DNA of 52,221 nucleotides from a virus (Duplodnaviria; Caudoviricetes): IMG/VR virus record IMGVR_UViG_3300027986_000317, positions 1 to 52,221 of that record; one strand, 5' to 3'. Shown piece by piece: positions 45,558 to 52,221 of this stretch (position 1 is its first letter; each line of letters starts with the position of its first letter). The notes under the pieces were generated by a model. It saw only the letters and a program-made list of their open reading frames with translations, ran no database searches and was not told where the DNA came from. The position numbers and the translations under genes were made by a program.

Positions 45558-47137
45558 TACAGAGCCGGGAAGATTACAACCTGGAGTAACTGGGGTGCAG
45601 TCACGTTGTGTGAGGCAGTCTCGCCAAAGTTGACCGTGGCAAATAGCTGTTTGGTTAAGTTTAGAGTGCTCGATACAGCAGTACTCACGTCAACGGAGCC
45701 GCTCACCGTCTGTGATGGCGTCGAGTTGAGGGTATTCGTCCATGGACCAAAAGGACTCGAAGCCCACATCGTTCCGCTGGCGCCAGTGGCAGATGTTGTG
45801 AAGAGCGAACAACCTTGGATCGTGCCGGCAGCACCTTGGGTCTGCGTGGCAAAGGTGATCGTGGTAACACTCACTGGCGACTGACCTCGAGCGGCTGCCA
45901 GGTTGATCTTCACCGCGATAACGCTCGATGCCACCTGGGTTGCCGTGGCGATCTTCGCGCAAGCCCACCAGCTTCGTCCCTGAAAGTTGAAGTAGTTTGC
46001 CGGTATCAGCAGTTCCCCAATGTCTTCTGCGCTGTTGTTTACCGTGCCCTGGGCGGTGAAGTTGAAGGCTGCAAGCTGCGCTGTCCCTTGGCTTGCGTCG
46101 CCAACTGGAGGCAGGCCGGGTACCGGCTGATTTAGAAACGTGGTGTGCGCGGTGGCCACAGTTGGGACCTTTGAGGTTGACGTGATTGGAGCAAGCGCGG
46201 TGAAGTTTACGCCCATCGGGCAAGCAGGAATTATGGTCTCCAAAGTGGTGAGTGTTCCACCGCAGTTTGCTGCGGTGGTGTGATCCACCTCTGTACCCGA
46301 GGACCCACCCACTGCCGTTAGGTATACGCGATAACCCACAGCGCCGGTCGATGCGGCCGGTGCGGCCACGGTGATGCCGTTTGTGGTGCCACCGGTGGCC
46401 TGCGTGGTCTCGTTTGTGTTGCACAGCGACTCCCCGCCGAGGATGTCCACGTAGCTCACGCAAGCAATAACGTTGCCGTTGGTGAACGTGCCGCCTGCCA
46501 CCGTGCCGGTGGTAGGAGCTGCGGCAGCCGAGATGTTCGTTGTCACGCTTGCCCCAGCCTTGTACCAGGTGCCGTTCACCGCGTCGTAGATCGGCTGGAA
46601 TGCCAGCGTCGACGCGTTTTGGATGGTCGTCTTCGTGCACCCTTTTTGGTAAAAGTCATTTGTGACGATCACTGGGATAGCTGTGGTTCCAGCGTATGCC
46701 AGTGCCTCACCCAGGCCGCAGGTGCCACTCACGATGGTGTAGCTGGTGTGCGTGTTGGCCGGCGAAAGGCTCAACGTACAAGTGCCGCCGTTGATAAGCA
46801 CAGCGCTTGGCGTCAGAGTCTCATTGAGAGCCGTGTTCGCATCCAGGATCTTCACCGATGGAATAGCGCCGGAGAGGCTGTTCTTAGTGCCAAGGATGTA
46901 CTGGTTCACCCCGAGAGGGATGTAGCACGAGCTCTGGGCAAAACTGAAGCTCGTCGGAATGGGCGATCCTGTTGATGGCAGCGACCACTGCGCGAACTCT
47001 GCGGCAACGAGTTGGCTGTTCACCTTGTACGACGTCAATCCATCGTTGACTGGTCCGCTCTGGCCGATGGGCTGCTGTGCTGAGAGGCCGATAGCCAGTA
47101 GGCACACGATTGCGACTGCGAATAGGATTCGCTTCAT
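45557..47137 (-). CDS. Signal-peptide-bearing beta-rich putative virion fibre/decoration protein
   Basis: AAGGAG RBS; MKRILFAVAIVCLLAIGLSA-QQ signal; T/A/G-rich; 10 Cys in the mature part; Ig/FN3-like module. Confidence 0.75.
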   Translation of the reverse strand: MKRILFAVAIVCLLAIGLSAQQPIGQSGPVNDGLTSYKVNSQLVAAEFAQWSLPSTGSPIPTSFSFAQSSCYIPLGVNQYILGTKNSLSGAIPSVKILDANTALNETLTPSAVLINGGTCTLSLSPANTHTSYTIVSGTCGLGEALAYAGTTAIPVIVTNDFYQKGCTKTTIQNASTLAFQPIYDAVNGTWYKAGASVTTNISAAAAPTTGTVAGGTFTNGNVIACVSYVDILGGESLCNTNETTQATGGTTNGITVAAPAASTGAVGYRVYLTAVGGSSGTEVDHTTAANCGGTLTTLETIIPACPMGVNFTALAPITSTSKVPTVATAHTTFLNQPVPGLPPVGDASQGTAQLAAFNFTAQGTVNNSAEDIGELLIPANYFNFQGRSWWACAKIATATQVASSVIAVKINLAAARGQSPVSVTTITFATQTQGAAGTIQGCSLFTTSATGASGTMWASSPFGPWTNTLNSTPSQTVSGSVDVSTAVSSTLNLTKQLFATVNFGETASHNVTAPQLLQVVIFPAL

Positions 47138-47166
47138 TGTCTGAATCTCCTTATTTGGAAAGTGTT

Positions 47167-47475
47167 TTAGTGCGTGATCCGGTGTGACTCAAGTTCTTGA
47201 TCGAGCTTTTCCTCGATCCGATCTAGCCTCTTTGTGGCATCAGCTTTGAAGTCAGTGAGCTGATTGCGAGTCACAAAGTCGTTCTTCACTGTGGCTTCCA
47301 CCGCGGTAAGCCGACGCTCTTGCTCTTGCTGCACGTCGGCAAAGTGGGTGCGTGTTGCCGCGAAGTTCATCACGCCGTTAAGGCATGTAAGCAGGAGTGA
47401 AGCGAGGAGCGCGCCTAGGCTTGCTCCCTTTGGTAGCTTGTTTTTTAACCCAGTAATAAAGTCACCGGTTGGCAT
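47167..47475 (-). CDS. Single-TM plus coiled-coil protein (holin/XhlA-like)
   Basis: One TM helix, then RLTAVE...RLDRIEEKLD heptads. Confidence 0.55.
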   Translation of the reverse strand: MPTGDFITGLKNKLPKGASLGALLASLLLTCLNGVMNFAATRTHFADVQQEQERRLTAVEATVKNDFVTRNQLTDFKADATKRLDRIEEKLDQELESHRITH

Positions 47476-47513
47476 GTATTGACCCCGACGTTTCGGTGTA
47501 GAATTCTTTACCT

Positions 47514-47669
47514 ATGAACCGCACAGCGGAAACAAATCTGCTCGAAGCTCTGGGGTCACTGCCCAGCTCGCTCTCCTTTGAGCAATTCGTGAAGCACCCA
47601 AGCATTCAAGCACTCAACCTCGAGCCATTATCTTGGCGAGAGGTCTACGAGCTGTACGACATGTACTGA
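47514..47669 (+). CDS. 51-aa acidic peptide, absent from the ORF track, opposite to the late operon
   Basis: MNRTAETNLLEALGSLPSSLSFEQFVKHPSIQALNLEPLSWREVYELYDMY; TAGAAT 9 nt upstream; fills the intergenic gap. Confidence 0.5.
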   Translation: MNRTAETNLLEALGSLPSSLSFEQFVKHPSIQALNLEPLSWREVYELYDMY

Positions 47670-47673
47670 GTGT

Positions 47674-50442
47674 TCACTGCACGAGTTCCAGCTTGCAGGG
47701 TCCGGGCGTCACAGTGTCGGTATTAGCCACGTTAAAGGTGAAAGCGAACGTCTGGTCCTGCGTGAAATCAATCGTCCCCGTGGCCTGGTTCACCGTAGGG
47801 CTGCTTCCAGGCTGAAAAAGCGAGAACCGGCCATAGGTCTGCGCATTCTGGACGCCCGGGTTGTTCCAGATTTCGAAGTATCGCCTCTGAACGCCTGCGC
47901 TTGCATCAGAACCGGTATCAAACGTCGTGCCCCCAAATTTCACCTTGTACGAGACAGCCGCCGCACCTGCGCTGTGGCTCGAGTACACCGTGAAGATTAG
48001 TCCCTTGCCGGGGCCAATCGTATTTCCCTTGATTGTGTAGCCTGAGCAAAGGTTTTGGTCTGCGGCATTCCCTGTTATTGCGCCAACCCCGTTGTTTTGC
48101 TGGATATTCAGGAGCGTAGTATTGTTCCCGCTACTAGGCACCGTAAGAGCCGCACCACGGACACTGATGCCTGTGTTGTCGCGGAGTGTTCCGGTTGTCC
48201 CGGCCGGTAGGGTTATATTCGCGTCCGTAAATCCGCTCGCGAAGATGTCCACATCCGTCAACGTGAGAGCTCTGAGAGATGCCGGGTTGAGCGTTCCGGC
48301 AAGATCTAGGGTGCTGTGCGTGATCGTGTTGGCGGTGTTCTGGATGAGCGGATACACACTTCCGCTGCCGGTGTTCAGCTTGATTCGAATCCTCGAATTC
48401 GATAGTGTAAGCCCCGTTTGTCCGCCCCACTGAATGTAGCCGGCTGGAGAGCCTGAACCGCGAATGTCGTTCATCATCACATCTACATCCAGGCGATCAA
48501 TCGAGTGAGCCATATTGATGAACGCGCCGTTTGTGCCTGTACTCGATAGGTCCTCGTGTGTGCCAAAAATCTTCCAATAGGCATCGGTATTGTTTCCGGT
48601 GGCGAGTATAGACGGCCCGGTCACTGTGCCATCCAACTTGCTGTGGATGTTCGAGCCAGCGTCCACATAGAGACCATTTACGCCGTCCGCTGCAACGATC
48701 CCTGCCCCCGTCGAGGATGTGAACCAAATCGACGTCGAGATCAAACTGATATCTGACATCGACCCGCCGATGAGCGTCTGGTACGGACTGGCCAGACCGA
48801 GGTTGTCGCTACCGGAAAGAAATAGCCCGGTATCAGCAAAGATTGAAGAATTCAGCAGGGTAAACTGCTCAGCCGCCGTGTTGTAGATGCCAATGTTCCC
48901 AAAGTTAGAATTCGCGGTCGCGCTGTGTCCCAGCTGAATTTGAACATTCTCTAGGAGATCCCATTGCGAGAACGAAAATTGATTGGGATTGGACCCACCG
49001 GCATTGTCGCGCCCAAACATGATGGCGACGGTGGAAGGGCTTGAAGGCGCGCTGAAGAATGTGTCGAAGGTAAGATTACGAAACATCTGCGAGCCGCTCC
49101 CGGTGGCATCCCAGCAGGGCGTGCTTCCAGTGTTGCACTTCAGAACGGTGGTATTGGGAAGCAGCGCATAGTTCGCGCCACAACTCCCTGCGAATCGGCA
49201 ACGCTGGCTGCCAACACCATAGATGTTCAACGCAGGCTTGTTGGTGTCATTTACAGACGTGCTAACAAGTATGACGCCAGGCGGCAGCTGGATTGCGCCT
49301 TGTCCCAGGTTGAATGCGTTCGTCAGGCAAAGGCTAATGGCTGGACCGTTATCGCTGTTCGTTCCAGCTACAACTCCATCAGCTGTGCAATCGCGGATCC
49401 AAGACAATGTCGCGCCGATTAGTGGAAACCCATTCATGTTCAGCGGCCCGTTAAGTGACTGCATAGCATTTCCTGCCGGTTGCGAGAACAGTGGAATTGG
49501 AAAAAACATGCCACCACCCTGGCAGACGGTTGCGGCAGGCAGTCCGTTTCCGAGATTTACCGTTCCACCAGAGCCGCCGCTCAGATACCAATACTGCGGG
49601 TAGCCAGGAACTGCGCGATGAGCTTGATTGCTGATGCTGGTCACGTAGCAAGTAAACGAGGGCTGCAGTTCGTCGTTGAACCGCAGCGTACAGACCGTAG
49701 AGTTTGACGTTGGCAGCGAGGCCCCAGCGACGAGCGCTGCGCTCTGCGAGTAATTGCCCCACGATCCCGGCGTTCCGGTAACTGAGCCCTGCAGGGTCTC
49801 GCTCCCTGATGTGGTAGACATCCAGACTTCGTAGCCGGTCGCCGTAGGAGGCTGGAGTATTGGAGCCGCGACATTTACCGTGCCGGTGGCCGTCAGGAGT
49901 ACCGTTGATTCTGGTGATGCTAGTGTCCGGCCCGAAGCATCTTTGATCGTGAGCTTTGTAAAGTAGGTGGCGCTTGGCAGTGTGCCGCTGGCTGTGTTTG
50001 TGCTGAGCGCCGGCGCCAGTGCTGGATTGGGCTGGCCAACCACAAATCCGGAATTAGCGGATGGCGGGCCATCGGTGTAGCACTGGACTTCATTCGGCGC
50101 TACCAGAGCCACGCCGCTTACCGTTGCAGCCTGAGTCAGTGCGAAGGTGATGGTAGCGTTTGGCAGTCCACCCAGTGCAGGAGTCTGAATCTGTCCTGTC
50201 ACCGTGCCGGCGTTGGCCGAGGTGGCAATCATCGCCAGGGCGAAGGCGAACATTCTGGCAAAACTCGTGTGAGTGGCCTGCCCAGCTCGCCTTGCCCCGG
50301 CAAATGGCTCTGGCGATTCTCCGCGACCTCCTTTCCTCACCGTATTCGATTTAACAACACTTGTCAGCACGCGTAGGGCGGCACCTATGGTGGTTAGCTG
50401 AAGGGGGGAGCGCCACCCTGCAAGCATGACTCTAATTTTCAT
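47674..50442 (-). CDS. Tailspike/fibre-like protein with pectin-lyase-like beta-helix and a signal-like segment
   Basis: DNGPAISLCL...IQLPPG...IYGVG beta-helix entry motif; MFAFALAMIATSANA signal-like segment (alternative start 50253); 12 Cys. Confidence 0.75.
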   Translation of the reverse strand: MKIRVMLAGWRSPLQLTTIGAALRVLTSVVKSNTVRKGGRGESPEPFAGARRAGQATHTSFARMFAFALAMIATSANAGTVTGQIQTPALGGLPNATITFALTQAATVSGVALVAPNEVQCYTDGPPSANSGFVVGQPNPALAPALSTNTASGTLPSATYFTKLTIKDASGRTLASPESTVLLTATGTVNVAAPILQPPTATGYEVWMSTTSGSETLQGSVTGTPGSWGNYSQSAALVAGASLPTSNSTVCTLRFNDELQPSFTCYVTSISNQAHRAVPGYPQYWYLSGGSGGTVNLGNGLPAATVCQGGGMFFPIPLFSQPAGNAMQSLNGPLNMNGFPLIGATLSWIRDCTADGVVAGTNSDNGPAISLCLTNAFNLGQGAIQLPPGVILVSTSVNDTNKPALNIYGVGSQRCRFAGSCGANYALLPNTTVLKCNTGSTPCWDATGSGSQMFRNLTFDTFFSAPSSPSTVAIMFGRDNAGGSNPNQFSFSQWDLLENVQIQLGHSATANSNFGNIGIYNTAAEQFTLLNSSIFADTGLFLSGSDNLGLASPYQTLIGGSMSDISLISTSIWFTSSTGAGIVAADGVNGLYVDAGSNIHSKLDGTVTGPSILATGNNTDAYWKIFGTHEDLSSTGTNGAFINMAHSIDRLDVDVMMNDIRGSGSPAGYIQWGGQTGLTLSNSRIRIKLNTGSGSVYPLIQNTANTITHSTLDLAGTLNPASLRALTLTDVDIFASGFTDANITLPAGTTGTLRDNTGISVRGAALTVPSSGNNTTLLNIQQNNGVGAITGNAADQNLCSGYTIKGNTIGPGKGLIFTVYSSHSAGAAAVSYKVKFGGTTFDTGSDASAGVQRRYFEIWNNPGVQNAQTYGRFSLFQPGSSPTVNQATGTIDFTQDQTFAFTFNVANTDTVTPGPCKLELVQ

Positions 50443-50447
50443 CGTTC

Positions 50448-50627
50448 CTATCCTCGTCTTGGACTTGTTTGAACGTTTGTCGGAGCTGTCGGCGGCAGCG
50501 CGTTTACGCGACGATGCATCGCCGGCCGCTCCAACTTGATACCGCGCACTTTGGCTTCCTTCTGCGCGGGACAGTTCCCTTTGTGGTCACGCCCCAGCGG
50601 ATGGCCGCAATCGCTGCAGAACCTCAT
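50448..50627 (-). CDS. 59-aa Zn-finger-like peptide, absent from the ORF track
   Basis: ATGA overlap with the upstream stop; MRFCSDCGHPLGRDHKGNC. Confidence 0.55.
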   Translation of the reverse strand: MRFCSDCGHPLGRDHKGNCPAQKEAKVRGIKLERPAMHRRVNALPPTAPTNVQTSPRRG

Positions 50628-51271
50628 AGCCAGTTAGCCTCCATCGGGCTCTTCTCACTGACATCCCCACCCATCTCGCCATGGGAATCCCTGTTATGCT
50701 CACGCTGTAGCCAGCCTGCAAACGCATAGGCATCCTGTGTCGCGGCAGGTCCAACTCGAACGGCCTTGTTGTCGCCTATCAGTGGCCAGAGTTTGACTTT
50801 GGCCAGGGAGCGCTCAACAAAGTCTTCAGCCTTGCGAATCTTTTTCTTATGAAGCAGCTCGCGCTTACGGGCCTCAGTAAGCCACAGCGTGCGCGATCCG
50901 CTATCTGGAAACGCCTGCGCGCCGGCAGCCGCTTCCATCTCGCTCATCTTGATCGTCGGCGCTGTCCGCTGGAATGCGGGACGCACCCGTAGGCGAATGT
51001 CGAAGCGCTTGCGTTTGCTGTTGATCACGATCGCGTGACCGTGCCGGACCAGGTCCCGCGCCGACTCCGCATCCATGCGCCAGGGCTCAGGTGTGTTGCT
51101 GTTCGGGTAATAGACACCGACTGTGTCATCCCGCTCTGGCTTCGCTTGCGAGATTTTCCCCGAGGCGCTAGAGGGATAGACAGAAACCGTGTAGATCTCG
51201 GTTCCGATCTCGATTTGCTTCAGTTGTTTGAGTTTTGCCGGCGTGAGCTCGGCTGAAGAGAGATGTGCCAT
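50624..51271 (-). CDS. Basic hypothetical protein, first gene after the putative late promoter
   Basis: ORF is open to 51364; ATG 51271 chosen, start uncertain. Confidence 0.6.
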   Translation of the reverse strand: MAHLSSAELTPAKLKQLKQIEIGTEIYTVSVYPSSASGKISQAKPERDDTVGVYYPNSNTPEPWRMDAESARDLVRHGHAIVINSKRKRFDIRLRVRPAFQRTAPTIKMSEMEAAAGAQAFPDSGSRTLWLTEARKRELLHKKKIRKAEDFVERSLAKVKLWPLIGDNKAVRVGPAATQDAYAFAGWLQREHNRDSHGEMGGDVSEKSPMEANWL

Positions 51272-51399
51272 TGGGCTACATCGGTGCAGCGGTTTGGCCC
51301 CCACCGCCTTTAGGCTGCCTTCCCTTATGTCTGTGGCGCGATGGTTGTTTGACCGCCGCGCCACACATTTTGCCCAGGTATAAGGAGAAGGTTGAGCAG

Positions 51400-51429
51400 A
51401 CTGTACAGTTGACTACGGTAGTTATGCAA
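51400..51429 (-). promoter_or_regulatory. Putative promoter of the late operon with overlapping palindromes
   Basis: TTGCAT-18 nt-TACAGT on the minus strand; palindromes ACTGTACAGT and ACTAC-G-GTAGT. Confidence 0.5.
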
Positions 51430-51516
51430 TAGACCGTTTGGAATACACAACATCTTGGGTACTAAGGGTGGAAAGGGGAAAGCGGATCGCCCCAGCTGGC
51501 GACCCGCCACAGTAGC

Positions 51517-52221
51517 TTAGGACGTGGCGGAATTTGCGGATTCCGTGGTTGGCATCGGGATAAAACCACAATCGAACAGCCGAACGAACATCTGAGCCTT
51601 TTCCTGCCATTCGCTCGGGATATCTTCTAGTTTGGTAACACCGAAGCATGCAGCCATCGGGCAGTTGTTCCAGTCGTGGCAATTCCAATGCTCTGGCTTA
51701 ATCGTTTCCTCGTACCGGCCGCCCGCGTGTAGCAGCGAATCGAGTTCCGTTGCTATGAATGCTTCGGCCTTCCTTGCCACCGGGCTCTTGATCTTGTCCA
51801 GACTCAGGGCCTCGCACCATCTGGCGTACACCGTTTTCGCGTTTGGTGCCTCCAGCGAAGTCAGGGCCTTGCACCCGCTGGCGTCCACCGTTTTCGCGTT
51901 TGGTGCCTCCAGCGAAGTCAGGGCCTTGCACCCGCTGGCGTACACCGTTTCCGCGTTTGGTGCCTCCAGCGAAGTCAGGGCCTCGCACCATCTGGCGTCC
52001 ACCGTTTCCGCGTTTGGTGCCTCCAGCGAAGTCAGGGCCTCGCACCCGCTGGCGTCCACCGTTTCCGCGTTTGGTGCCTCCAGCGAAGTCAGGGCCTCGC
52101 ACCAGCTGGCGTCCACCGTTTCCGCGTTTGGTGCCTCCAGCGAAGTCAGGGCCTCGCACCCGCTGGCGTCCACCGTTTCCGCGTTTGGTGCCTCCAGCGA
52201 AGTCAGGGCCTCGCACCATCT
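51517..52221 (-). CDS. Short-LRR repeat protein with Cys/His C-terminal domain (5' end outside the window)
   Basis: 19-aa repeats (D/Y)A(S/R)(G/W)C(E/K)ALTSLEAPNA(E/K)TV; C-terminal HWNCHDWNNCPMA. Confidence 0.85.
   Translation of the reverse strand, partial: RWCEALTSLEAPNAETVDASGCEALTSLEAPNAETVDASWCEALTSLEAPNAETVDASGCEALTSLEAPNAETVDARWCEALTSLEAPNAETVYASGCKALTSLEAPNAKTVDASGCKALTSLEAPNAKTVYARWCEALSLDKIKSPVARKAEAFIATELDSLLHAGGRYEETIKPEHWNCHDWNNCPMAACFGVTKLEDIPSEWQEKAQMFVRLFDCGFIPMPTTESANSATS
51804..52221. repeat. 57-bp coding tandem repeat, at least 7 copies
   Basis: Units start at 51804, 51861, 51918, 51975, 52032, 52089, 52146 and 52203 (partial). Confidence 0.95.

Larger units (their letters stand above)
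3515..52221. mobile_element. Podovirus-like prophage integrated in tRNA-Gly(CCC); continues past the right edge
   Basis: att-like junction with IHF site and arm repeats; terS, terL, portal, scaffold, capsid, adaptor, nozzle and ejection genes; no tail tube or sheath recognised. Its own integrase and replication genes are not in the window. Confidence 0.9.

Noticed and set aside
11650-50354. Many long plus-strand ORFs antisense to late genes (e.g. 20195-21175, 32928-33902, 15227-16063)
   Set aside because: Shadow ORFs expected in GC-rich coding DNA; no RBS or recognisable motifs.
50253-50442. Structured RNA or insertion in the 5' extension of the tailspike-like gene
   Set aside because: Some pairing (GTGAG/CTCAC) and an orphan AAGGAGG are present, but I cannot support a defined fold or family; recorded only as start-codon ambiguity.
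51804-52221. 57-bp repeats as a CRISPR array or DGR template
   Set aside because: Contiguous in-frame coding units with no unique spacers; variation is not adenine-specific; no cas or reverse transcriptase gene in the window.

Overview
The window has three parts. (1) 1-~1300 is the right end of an integrative element: a tyrosine integrase next to the 3' end of a minus-strand tRNA-fMet. (2) ~1336-3484 is a 2 kb host spacer with an SRPBCC protein and a family-3 acyltransferase. (3) From ~3515 to beyond the right edge is a podovirus-like (P22/T7-type short tail) prophage inserted at the anticodon loop of tRNA-Gly(CCC). An Acidobacteriota-like host is my impression only. The prophage has a short plus-strand left arm and a long minus-strand late operon: fibre-like proteins with signal peptides, portal, scaffold, capsid, adaptor, nozzle, ejection proteins, a 4450-aa polyvalent protein, and last of all terS/terL. 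The best candidate for an undescribed system is a prophage cassette made of an unannotated secreted 4-Cys peptide (6062-6193), a stand-alone 7-TM protein, a translationally coupled helical protein and a winged-helix-like protein. An 18-bp motif is shared between its promoter, the late-operon promoter and the giant-gene start, suggesting peptide-based phage communication through a membrane receptor. Other highlights: a T-arm-less tRNA-Gly-like structure at the attachment site; a probable overprinted gene inside the giant ORF; GGDEF, RelA/SpoT and FtsK-gamma domains in a probable ejection protein; and a ribosomal bL12 domain fused to a head-module protein. All assignments are by-eye motif recognition; no searches were run.
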